The position numbers and the translations under genes were made by a program. Of a stretch of 64,000 nucleotides of DNA, positions 31,101 to 41,133 are shown in pieces; within the stretch, counting starts at the first letter, position 1, and each line of letters begins with the position of its first letter. Source of the stretch: Sminthopsis crassicaudata (lineage: Eukaryota); assembly GCF_048593235.1 (NCBI RefSeq), contig NC_133620.1:276287765-276351764 (forward strand), given 5' to 3'. Below the pieces are notes generated by a model that made no database searches, was not told the DNA's origin, and was given only the letters and a program-made list of their open reading frames with translations.

Positions 31101-34100
31101 GCTCTGCTTCCCCAACCGACTACCCCAGCAGATGCTGAGCAGCCTGAGCACATCGGAGGAGCTGCAGCACCAGTTCCACCTCTTCCAGCTTGAGCAGATC
31201 GACCAGCAGTTCCTGGAACAGGAAGAGGATGAAGAGCAAGGGCTGGAGGCCTATCCCCAGGAAGAGGTGAGGCAAAGGGCAGGGGCTGAGGCCCCAGCCT
31301 CAAGAGGTGGTGACAGACAAGGGCCAGAGACCCAGCCAGGTCTTGTGAGGTGAGAGATGGGAGGTCTGGGCCGGGGACCCTTTCCTAGGAGGAGGTGAGG
31401 TCTGGGGCCGGGGGCCCTTTCCTAGGAGGAGGTGAGGTCTGGGGCCGGGGACCCTTTCCTAGGAGGAGATGAGGTCTGGGGCCGGGGGCCCTTTCCTAGG
31501 AGGAGGTGAGGTCTGGGGCCGGGGACCCTTTCCTAGGAGGAGGTGAGGTCTGGGGCTGGAGGCCTATCCCCAGGAAGAGGTGAGGCAAAGGGCAGGGGCT
31601 GAGGCCCCAGCCTCAAGAGGTGGTGACAGACAAGGGCCAGAGACCCAGCCAGGTCTTGTGAGGTGAGAGATGGGAGGTCTGGGCCGGGGACCCTTTCCTA
31701 GGAGGAGGTGAGGTCTGGGGCCGGGGACCCTTTCCTAGGAGGAGGTGAGGTCTGGGGCCGGGGACCCTTTCCTAGGAGGAGATGAGGTCTGGGGCCGGGG
31801 ACCCTTTCCTAGGAGGAGGTGAGGTCTGGGGCCGGGGACCCTTTCCTAGGAGGAGGTGAGGTCTGGGGCCGGGGATCCTTTCCTAGGAGGAGGTGAGGTC
31901 TGGGGCCGGGGACCCTTTCCTAGGAGGATGTGAGGTCTGGGGCCGGGGGCCCTTTCCTAGGAGGAGGTGAGGTCTGGGGCCGGGGACCCTTTCCTAGGAG
32001 GAGGTGAGGTCTGGGGCCGGGGACCCTTTCCTAGGAGGAGGTGAGGTCTGGGGCCGGGGACCCTTTCCTAGGAGGAGGTGAGGTCTGGGGCCGGGGACCC
32101 TTTCCTAGGAGGAGGTGAGGTCTGGGGCCGGGGACCCTTTCCTAGGAGGAGGTGAGGTCTGGGGCCGGGGGCCCTTTCCTAGGAGGAGGTGAGGTCTGGG
32201 GCCGGGGACCCTTTCCTAGGAGGAGGTGAGGTCTGGGGCCGGGGGCACTTTCCTAGGAGGTGAGGTCTGGGGCTAGGGGCCCTTTCCTAGGAGGAGGTGA
32301 GGTCTGGGGCCGGGGGCCCTTTCCCAGGAGGAGGTGAGGTCTGGGGCCGGGGGCCCTTTCCTAGGAGGTGAGGTCTGGGGCTAGGGGCCCTTTCCTAGGA
32401 GGAGGTGAGGTCTGGGGCCGGGGGCCCTTTCCCAGGAGGAGGTGAGGTCTGGGGCCGGGGACCCTTTCCCAGGAGGAGGTGAGGTCTGGGGCCGGGGGCC
32501 CTTTCCTAGGAGGAGGTGAGGTCTGGGGCCGGGGGCTCTTTCCTAGGAGGAGGTGAGGTCTGGGGCCGGGGGCCCTTTCCTAGGAGGAGGTGAGGTCTGG
32601 GGCCGGGGACCCTTTCCTAGGAGGTGAGATCTGGGGTAAGGTCTGGGGCTGGGAACCCATCCTCAGGAGGAGATGAAGTGATAGAGAGGCTGGAAGCCTA
32701 TCCCCAGGGGGAGGGGAAGGACAGAGGATTTAAGATGGGCAGAACAGAAAATATATGGAGCTGAGGAAGCCCTTCCCTGGGTAGAAGAGGGATATGGGGT
32801 GTTTAAGTTTATATTCCCCAGAGCACCTGTCCCAGTGCCTCTTGCATAGATCAGACTGACTTGAAGGAGGAAGGTCCCTGAGAGACATTTGTCCCCACAG
32901 CCTGTGGAGGAGCTGGTGGCTGAGGAGCCAGTCCCTGAGGTGTCTGTGCTGGTCCTGTCTCCCCGCTGCTGGCCCGTGTCTCCCCTCTGCTACCTGCACG
33001 AGCCCACCAAGTTCTTCCCCCCAGCTCTCAGTACCAGCCTTACCCGGTTTTCCAACTTCTACAGTCAGAGTAAGAGGATGGGGGCACAGCTGGGACGTGG
33101 GGCTACAGAATAGGCAGGGTGGGTTGCCCATCCAGAAGGAACTCCAGGTTTAAGAGGAAAAGTAGGGGGGAAGTTTCTGGTCATGATCTGGAACCTTGAC
33201 ACGGGGTAGAATTGGGGTGATGGAGGAATGGGAGAGATGGAGATGAAGCTGAGCCCCTCTGGTACCATGGAGGGAGCATTAGCTTTGGTGTTAGAAGGCC
33301 TGCCACTAACTTGGAGCAAGTCACTTAAGTTCACCTGGGACAGCTGCTACCCCCGGCTCTGCTACCACCAACTGTTCTTTAGGATCCATCATTTCCTTTC
33401 TCTCTGGACTCCAATTTCCTTATGTAAAAAGAGAGGGGTGGTCAGAGGGCTCTGCAGTCCTTTCCCACTTTAAACCTCTGTGAGCCAGTCTCATGTTATA
33501 CTCAAGATAAAAGTTCTTTGGTATCAAAGGAGGGGACATTTAGGGCCCAGTGGATGGAGCCCAGACCTGGATCAGAGTGGCTCCTCTTTCTGAATTAGAG
33601 CTGGCTTCAGGCACTTCCTAACTGGCTGACTCTGGGACTTCTCTTTGTTTGCCTCAGTTTCCTCTTCTGTAAAATGAGCTGAAGAAGGAATGGGGTCAGG
33701 AAAAGCAGAACATGCCTGAAAAGACAGCAGAACCAAAGACAGACAAAAGCTTCATCTCTGTGCACCAGAGGGCGCACATCACCGTGCTGGAGAAGCACCT
33801 TCCCTCCAAATCTGTTTTTTTTTCTGGGGGAACAGAATGCTAAACAAGCTAGCCAGATACAACCTCAGGGGTCGTTTTGGCCAGTTTCCTCGTTTGACAG
33901 TTGAGAAAACTGGCCAAGCAAGAAGTAATTGGCCCAAGATCTCGCAAGTAGTCACAGACAAGCTAGACTAGAATCCTAGTGTCCTTCCTCCCAGACCAGG
34001 GCCTTTTCTATTGGGGGATAGCTCCTAAATATCTGCTATAAACAGACTCCTATATTGGATTCTGGAACTAGAAGACACTGGAAACAGGGAAAAATGTTCT

Positions 34101-37100
34101 CAGGGAAAACTTCCTATCTAATGAAAGAGACAAAGTCCTCAAGATTCAGGCAAAGCCAGGGCCAGTGCTAAGAGCAATACCTAGGGTCATGCAACAAACA
34201 TTATTTTTTTCTTTGCTTGCTTTAATTTAAATGTTTTTAATGCCAGAAACTTCTCCTTGACATATCAGAATTATGTTTTGTTTTGTGACATATCAGAATC
34301 AGACAAATGTGAAGGTTACCCACTAAGGGGACAATTCTCAAACCATGCAAGCAGTCTAGAAACATTTGATCCCTGCTCTGCCCTCACAGAACTCCAAACT
34401 TAATCCTGGAAACACAGTTCCTGCTCTTAGTCAGTTTCCACTCTGATGAGTCTCATCTTTCTAGCAGGATTGACAATAGAGATGGTGAAGGAGTAAAAAA
34501 AAAAAAAATGGGGAAAAATTTACTAAGTGACTGCTATGTGCAAAGTGCTACAAGCAAAATAATCCCTGTTCTCAAGGAGATTGCATTCTGAGAGAGACAG
34601 TACATATTGGAGGGTTCAGGGGCAGGGCTGAAGGGAAGTCCACATAGGCCTAAGGCCACTGTGCCCCTGCCATTTTGGGAGTGGACTGTGGGTGACAGTT
34701 CCCTGGCCATCCACAGGGTGAGAGTGGTCATAGTCACCTTAAAGCTGCAGTACTAGAAGGGCTGAGGCTCATAAAGACAACAGAGAGTTGAGTGGAACTT
34801 GCAAATTCTCTCCCTTGGGGGAGAGGGGGAATGGCATTTGTCTAGGAAGGAGAAAGGAGAAAAGTGATTTCAATAAGTTAAGAGAACAGGAGATTCTAAT
34901 GGCATCTGTGCAGATTAGTGGGTAGGGCTCTGGGAAAATGGCCCTTGCCCATCAACTAGTGAGATTAGGGGAATGAAAGAAAGGTTCCTGCCCTTAGTGT
35001 CATGAATCCTCCACCAGCAACAAGCAGAGTGCAAGACATGTAGTCAATAGAGACCCTTCATATTGCAGATGAGTGTTACCCTTGGGAGATAGATGAATTC
35101 AAATCCTACCTATTGACAAGTTATTAACATAAATGTCTCCCTGTTCCCCTCCTCTCTCCTCCTCCCTCTGTCTGTCTCTCCCTGTCTGTCTCCCTCCTCT
35201 GTCTTTCTCACACACAGCTAGTAACTATGAATGTATCTAAGGCCAGATTCGAACTCAGCTCCTCATGACTCTGGGGTTATTGCTCTATACACTGCATCAT
35301 CTACCTGTCCTAGTAGACATTTTTAAGACTCTTTTGTAAATAACTTACTTAATGTGATAGGGTTATTATGAGGCCTGTGAGGTTAAAAGGTTCTTTGTAA
35401 ACTTTAGAGCTCTGTATAAAAGATCAGCTGCTGTTACTGTCATGAAAAACTCCAATCACCATGCTTAAGGCAGATTTTCAGGAAGACAGGAATGAGGATG
35501 AGTAGACATGGATAGGTTTCAATCTGCACTGTTGGGACTACCAAAATAATGAGATTGCAGACACATCAGATTATCAACAAATATAAGATGACTGAGAGAT
35601 AGACACACAGAACCAATGGCCAGTGAGGTGGTGGGACAATTGTTCTATTTGGGGCTAGCAGACCTGAGTTCATATCCTAACTCTGCCATTTCTTACTTGT
35701 GTGTCCCTGGAGCAAATCACCTGGCTTTCTCCAACTCAGTTTCCTCCTCTCTGCAATGGACTTGAACTAGAAGACCATGAGATTCCTAGAAGGAAACTAG
35801 AAGTTTCAAATTTATAATTCTATGTACAGTACTGGTGGGGGAAGGACTACTATAGAGTATTCCTTCTTGTCCTACCTACTAGGTCAGAATCAGCCAGTCT
35901 TGGGGTCACAGCGCCTACTGCAGTGGTCATGGTTGGGCAGGGCTGAACTGTCATTTGGAGCCCAGATTCTTCATGTCTCTACTTTACAGATGTGGCTTCT
36001 TCTGCATTTTAACCAAATGGAGGTACTACCCCCCATCTGTCTCTTTATTCCCATCTTTACTCCTATCTTTTTTTAATTTTGTAATTTTTTTTTACATTTT
36101 TAGTTATATTTATATATATGTTTACATTTAGTTATATTTTTGATATAGATATACTTGTGGAACCATATAATATATACTTCCATATATCAGATAATATTTT
36201 CCTTCATAAATTCTTTGTGATTGATTTGAATATTTACATTATTCAGAATAGCTTGGTCATTCTTAGCTTTTCAGATAGTCAGACAATATTATCTCTTCGA
36301 ACAATATTGCTATTACTGAATACGATATTCTTTTGGTTCTGCTCATTTCAGTCTTCACTATTTCATGTAAGGCTTTCCATGTTTTTCTAAAATCAATCTG
36401 CTTATCATTTCTTATAGCACATTAATATCCCATCATAATCATATGCCACAAATTGTTTTCTGCCATTCCCCAGTTATTGGACCCTTGATTTCTAGTTCCT
36501 TGTCAGCACAAAGAAAGCTTTAAAGATTCCTTTCCTTTTCCCCTCATCACCTTGGGAAAGCCCTAATAGTATTATTTCTGGGTCAAATAATATACACAAT
36601 TTTAAACTCTTTAGGCATAATTCTAGGTTGCTATCCAAAATGGTTGGTTCTACCATTCTACAGTGCTACCAACAATCTATTTATTAGTGTGCCAATTTTT
36701 CTACATCCCCTCCAACAATTGTGGTTTTCCCCTTCTATCATTTTAACCACTGAGAGGTAGAGATGATGGCTCAAAGTTGTTTTAACTTTCATTTCTCTAA
36801 TCAATAATAATTTAGAGCATTTTGTGAGCAATATTTTCTATATTACTTTGATTTCTTTTTCCCAAAATTCTTCATATATTTTGACCATTTATCAGTTGGA
36901 GAACGTTCCTGTCTCTCTTGTCTTCCATACTTTTTCTCAGGCTTTTCTTTTTTCCCCTCTGCCCCTGTCACTACTAACCTGTTCTTCCAGAGTTGTAGGA
37001 GGTATTCATCATCAGGTCAGGGCTAGGTTCCCCCTGGAATCCCAATCTCTGCCTGATTCTGATTCCTTTCTCTAGGAGGTGGCCTTGGAGACTCTGCTGC

Positions 37101-38123
37101 AGACCTCAGACCTGGCCTCAGAGCTTTTGATGCAAGCACTTAAGCCCCTCACCGCAGGGCTTGGCCCCCTGACCCTGCAGAAAGGCCAGGGTCTCCCCCC
37201 TGGGGGTAGGTAATAGCAGCTTGAGACTTCTCTGCCCTAATGCCCCTCAGGACAGTTCGGGGAGTTGTAGAAGGGGAGGAGAAGGAAAGAGCAGGGGGTT
37301 CTAGGTCTTACTCCCTAGCCTAAGGAGAAATGCCCTGCCTCCAGATCCCATAAGTCAGAGAAATATATGAGTATACATGTGTGGGGGGGGTGTCTCAGGT
37401 GTGCTGCGGCTCCGGAAGCTGGAGAAGGAGCCTGGGGGGGAGGCCTTGTGGCTGCTCCCCCCGCAGACATACCTGAGTGTGGAGGAGGATGAGTGCCGAA
37501 CCCTGGAGAGGAAGAGGAACCTCCTGAGCTGCCTCCTTGTCCGAATCCTCAAAGCCCACGGCGAGAAAGGCCTGCATATTGATCAGCTTGTGTGTCTGGT
37601 ACGGGGGAAAGAGGTCCCTGAAAGGTGGTGACCTAGGGGTTCTCTAGGGAGTGGTTATTGGGAAGCAGCATCTGCATATCCAGCTCCATAATGAAGAGGC
37701 CCCCCGGGGAAGGGGCACGTGTGCACCCACGGGGCTTTCTTGTTCTGAGGGGGGATTCCCATGGAGAATCAGGGTGGGATGACTGTGATCTTCGGGTGTC
37801 CCTAGGTGCTGGAGGCCTGGCAGAAGGGCCAGTCTTCACCCAGAGAGCCGGGCAGCAGCGCGGGTGGGGAGGAGGAGTGCAATGGGGCGGATGTCCTCTC
37901 CTGCATCCTCCATCTCCTGGGGCAGGGTTATGTTCGAAGGCAGGAGGACTGGCCCCAAGTCCTGGCATACGCAGCCCCGGAGCCAGAGGGGCCTCCCCTT
38001 GCGCCCCCCAACCTGGTTGCCTTAGGACCTGCCCCACCCTCTACCTTCCACACCCTGGAGATCCGAACTCGCACAACCCCCAGCCCCTCTCCTCCCACGC
38101 GGACTTTTTCCACCTTCCGATAG
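10143..38123 (+). CDS. CUL7: Cullin-7, 1685 aa predicted, 25 coding exons: 10143-10746, 11129-11283, 11399-11920, 12387-12525, 12703-12899, 22479-22773, 23412-23622, 24992-25097, 25478-25705, 26463-26553, 26742-26910, 27259-27364, 27641-27736, 28754-28929, 29223-29356, 29657-29836, 30218-30327, 30411-30593, 30700-30860, 31029-31266, 32901-33069, 35883-36022, 37076-37205, 37399-37598, 37806-38123
   Basis: All introns are GT-AG and the exons total 5058 nt in frame. Domains seen: N-terminal [21 protein letters not shown] domain ([43 protein letters not shown]), DOC/APC10 domain ([23 protein letters not shown]), cullin domain, and neddylation-site region ([17 protein letters not shown]). The CUL7-type end ([13 protein letters not shown]) has no RBR module. 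Position between MRPL2 and RRP36 matches human CUL7. Confidence 0.93.
13127..13375 (+). pseudogene. Decayed duplicate (pseudoexon) of CUL7 coding exon 6 (22479-22773)
   Basis: Follows a caatag acceptor. With frameshifts corrected it reads [54 protein letters not shown], versus [54 protein letters not shown] for the intact exon. Read in phase 0 it stops at TGA 13154-13156. Confidence 0.8.
14160..14295 (-). mobile_element. WSINE1-type SINE (antisense)
   Basis: Reverse complement of the WSINE1 head and core, with a T-rich tail at ~14160. Confidence 0.7.
15480..22075 (+). mobile_element. Degraded near-full-length LINE-1 (ORF1 ~15900-16890, ORF2 ~17430-22070) with nested L1 3' ends (17818-18193, ~19555-19940) and a WSINE1 (20050-20195)
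   Basis: ORF1-like [17 protein letters not shown] near 16640-16700; endonuclease start VNVNGMNS near 17430; ORF2 C-terminal CPS..EWLNK motif near 21985; A-rich + strand; many stops and frameshifts. Boundaries approximate. Confidence 0.85.
22240..22400 (+). mobile_element. WSINE1-type SINE immediately upstream of CUL7 coding exon 6
   Basis: GGCTCAGTGGATAGAGCACTAGCCCTGGAATCAAGAGG..; (AAC)n tail. Confidence 0.75.
27770..27975 (+). repeat. (GA)-rich polypurine low-complexity tract
   Basis: Runs of GAGA/GACAGA/GGGA in the CUL7 intron after coding exon 13. Confidence 0.85.
28548..28685 (+). mobile_element. WSINE1-type SINE
   Basis: GGGCAGATAAATGGCACAGTAGA..GATCCTGGGCAAGTCACTTAGCCCCAGTTGCC. Confidence 0.7.
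29347..29490 (+). repeat. Degenerate repeats of the exon end / donor motif ACTGCCCCTG|GTAAC
   Basis: Copies at 29347, 29386, ~29440 and 29476. Confidence 0.7.
31361..32640 (+). repeat. 37-bp GC-rich minisatellite, about 30 copies, in the CUL7 intron after coding exon 20
   Basis: Unit GAGGTGAGGTCTGGGGCCGGGG(A/G)CCCTTTCCTAGGAG; period 37 confirmed directly (31801 vs 31838); some 34-bp variants; interrupted once by a duplicated unique block (~31553-31675). Confidence 0.97.
33761..33777 (+). promoter_or_regulatory. CTCF-like motif
   Basis: TGCACCAGAGGGCGCAC resembles the CTCF core; motif match only. Confidence 0.4.
36070..36910 (-). mobile_element. Antisense L1 3' fragment
   Basis: Reverse L1 3' UTR/ORF2-end sequence similar to 5600-6150. 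Confidence 0.7.
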
Positions 38124-38618
38124 CCCAGCACCTGAGGCGATCTCTGGGGTAACCGGATCCGGGACTGAGCACAGTGCATGCTGTAGGGAGGCTTGGGAAG
38201 GGAAAGCGGGAGTTGTCACCACGACCCGGAAGGAGGCAGCCCCGGGCACCGGGGAGGAAGGGCAGTCGTTAGGGAGAGGTCTCGAGGCCATTTAGATGCC
38301 AAACAACTTGTAGGCACACCGAGTCACTGGAAAGAGCACCAGGCGGGAGTCTGGGAAGACCTGGGTTGGAATCCCTACCTAGAGACACTAAGTAGTTGGG
38401 CGACTGCGGGCAAGTCAGATCATTCTGTCCCTGGGCCTGTTTTCTCAGCTGTAAAATGGAGATATATGCACTGCCTACCTCAAGGGGGTGCTGTGAGCCT
38501 CAGAGCCCTAGAGAAGGGAGGGGTGCTATTATTCTAAGGACCCGAGCACGCTGCACCAGGGGCTCCCTAAACCTGCACAGGGAGCTAGCTGCCCTGGCAC
38601 GCACTCTCCAGTGATCTA

Positions 38619-38770
38619 CCAATAAGCCGAAGCCCCGCCCTCTCCGCTTCCCCCGGCCGACTCTGCGCGCGCCGCCGCGCTGCCTGGCCTCGGGTCCCTC
38701 CCGCATTGCAGCGGAGCGGCACGCCCAGTCCAGGGCCGAGCCCAGGCAGGGGCGGGGCCGCGGGACAGGT
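38619..38770 (+). promoter_or_regulatory. CpG-rich promoter candidate of the TMEM121-like gene
   Basis: CCAAT at 38619-38623, GC boxes at 38633-38640 and 38749-38757, dense CpGs, about 350 nt upstream of the ORF. Confidence 0.6.
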
Positions 38771-39127
38771 TCCTCCTAGTGGGGAAAGAGTTGAGAAAAG
38801 GGGAGATTCAAGGGGCCGTGTCCTTCATGAAGCGACGGCACCAACCGCAGGCTGCCCAGGGAGGTGACAGAGAGGGGCGAGAAGGGAGCAGGGGACCGAG
38901 GACAGTCCCTAGGGACAAGAGAGTGGGTATGCGTGGGCCCAGGGTGGAGGAGGGAGGCTCAGGCAGGCAGTAGGGGAAGGATACCCTAAGAGAGTGGGAG
39001 GAGAGGCTCAGCACCTTAGGACCCAAGGCAGGGGCAAGACGAAGGGGAATGGGAGCTAGAGACAGAGCAGTAGGCAAAAGGCAAGAAGGGATGCCCAGCT
39101 GTGGGTGGGCACGAAGGGCTTGGCAGG

Positions 39128-40000
39128 ATGGCATCCTCTTGTCCCACATGGCTGGTAGTAGGCCTCATTTCAGGAAGCATGCTGCTGGCCGATGGTTATC
39201 TCCTGGGACAGAGCCCAGGAGGTTGGTGGCTGGGTCTGGTGTTGCTGCTTTCCGTAGGCAACATCTGCCTGATCTTGGTGCTTCGCCCTGTGATGGCTAG
39301 TGCCAGTACCCAAGCCCGTACCACCCGGCGGAGCTGCGCCATGTTGCTCTGGTTTCTCTACATCTTTGTATTAGAGATGAAGGTCTACTTCATTTACCGG
39401 AGCTGCCGGGCTGAGGGTCACTGCCCCGGGCCCCCCGCCCGCCAGGCCTTCACCCTGGTGCTAGCCCTCAGTGTCCCTGGACTCTTTGCCCTGCTGGGGT
39501 CTCCAAAGATGCCCGAGATCCTGTCAACATTCCGATGGCGAGAACTCCGGAGCCACCTGCTGTGGGTGGTCATGGACTTGCTGGATGTTTTAGACATACA
39601 GGCAGGGCTGTGGGAGCCACCTCAGAGGGTGTTGCCCTTCTGGGCAGAGGGCGTCATCTTCTTCTACTGCTATGCCCTGCTGCTCTTGCTGCCATGTGCA
39701 GCCCTGGGTGAGCTCAGTCTGCAAGGCCCACAGCCCCTGCCACATCGCATGGTGCTCTACCCTCTTCTCAGCCTGCTCACGGTTAATCTGGCTACAAGCC
39801 TCATCCGAGCCACTCATCTCCTCCTGTTCCACGATACCTATGTCTCCAGCATCTTTTTAGGAAAGAACCTGCTGGCCTTGGCCCTCAAGCTCTGCATGTT
39901 TCTGCAGTACCGGAAACAGTGGCTTTCTGGTCCACCATCAACCCAGCCGCCCACTGACCCTGGCCTTCTAGGCCCAGCTCAGGCTGTGAGGCCAACATGA
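39128..40000 (+). CDS. TMEM121/CECR6-family multi-pass membrane protein (TMEM121-like paralogue), 290 aa, single coding exon
   Basis: ATG 39128 is in strong Kozak context (cAGGATGG); the ORF track start at 39101 is a GTG. Family motifs seen: AMLLWFLYIFVLEMKVYFIY, DLLDVLDIQAGLWEPP, LPFWAEGVIFFYCYALLLLLPC, MVLYPLLSL, SSIFLGKN..KLCMFLQYRKQ. About 6-8 hydrophobic segments; no stops or frameshifts. Confidence 0.9.
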   Translation: MASSCPTWLVVGLISGSMLLADGYLLGQSPGGWWLGLVLLLSVGNICLILVLRPVMASASTQARTTRRSCAMLLWFLYIFVLEMKVYFIYRSCRAEGHCPGPPARQAFTLVLALSVPGLFALLGSPKMPEILSTFRWRELRSHLLWVVMDLLDVLDIQAGLWEPPQRVLPFWAEGVIFFYCYALLLLLPCAALGELSLQGPQPLPHRMVLYPLLSLLTVNLATSLIRATHLLLFHDTYVSSIFLGKNLLALALKLCMFLQYRKQWLSGPPSTQPPTDPGLLGPAQAVRPT

Positions 40001-40262
40001 CCTGCTCTGGTTGTGCAGGGAGATGGGATGGACATGGACTATCCCCCTAAGCTATCACTTTCAACAGCACAACTCGCCTGAGTCCTTTCACCTTCAACCT
40101 GGACCTGCAGATTGGAACTGTGAGGCAGGACCTGTCTACAGGTCTGGTGTTTTAAACCAAGTATTCTCTGCAGAGGCTTGAGAGGGTCTTTTGTCAATAT
40201 GCTGTCCAAATCAAAGCAGTCTGATGCAGGATGAGGTCGTCCTCAAGTGTCAGACTCAGCAC

Positions 40263-40268
40263 AATAAA
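40263..40268 (+). terminator. AATAAA polyA signal for the TMEM121-like gene
   Basis: First AATAAA on the + strand after the CUL7 stop, 263 nt after the TMEM121-like stop. Confidence 0.65.
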
Positions 40269-41133
40269 GGTACAACTGACGCCTGAGGGGTTTTGACATC
40301 TCTGGTTTGGGGACTGAAGGCAGGGAAGGATAGAGGAATAGCGGGAGGAAGGATAACATTACATTCTTAGCATGTAGAGACTTCCTTTGGGCAGAAGAGA
40401 CTCCTGAAAAGAGTAAACCTCTGCCTTAGTATCCCAGAATGATTCCCAGCGAGGTGACCAACTATGGGGCTCATATCTTTCCTGAAAAGATAATGTAAAC
40501 TAAAAAGCTAGCTTTCCCCCTTTATCTCCTACTCATTCCCACATGCCATATATTATTCCTATAAGACTCAATAACTGTGAACATCTCTTTCACCTCCCAC
40601 TCTTAAAAACTTAAGAAACAAAGACAAAAGATGTGATCAAGTGTTTACAGAAGTGTTTATAGTACCCTAGCACTAAGTACAGAATTCCTGAGCCTTCTCT
40701 TAACCCTGGCCAAGGGACCAGGGTACAACCTCCAGTTATCCACTAATAACCCCTCAAACTCCTTCCTTTTGCATAAAGTTGTCCCCTAAAAAGGCACTTC
40801 CTTCCCTGAGGGAAGAGAGGGAACCACAATTTGATCAGAGGAATCCATATGGAGCCAGACTAAGCCTATCAGTCTGAAGTATTTTCTTTCTTTTGCCTTA
40901 ATGATTAACCAAAACCCCAGACAGACAGCAGCAACACTTTGGCTGACCAGATCTATCCACTGCCACGAAGCCCCAGATCCCGGTGTCCCAGGGCTTACAG
41001 TACTCAACCAAGGGTAGAAAAGCAGAACCACAAGGCACTAAGTTCGTTCCAAGACTGCCTTCACAGACATTGTCCCAGTGAGGAAGAGGCCAAGCTGGAA
41101 AGGGACAGGAAAGGACTAGCCTAGCCCCTTTAT

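Noticed and set aside
31361-32640. Regular 37-bp repeats superficially like a CRISPR array
   Set aside because: Units are head-to-tail with no unique spacers, there are no cas genes, and the DNA is a mammalian intron; it is a minisatellite.
10143-38123. Calling the gene CUL9/PARC
   Set aside because: It lacks the extra central exons and the C-terminal RBR/Ariadne module, stops at a CUL7-type FSTFR*, and occupies the CUL7 syntenic position.
39101-39127. ORF-track start at 39101 for the TMEM121-like protein
   Set aside because: That codon is GTG; the ATG at 39128 has strong Kozak context and matches the family's N-terminal length.
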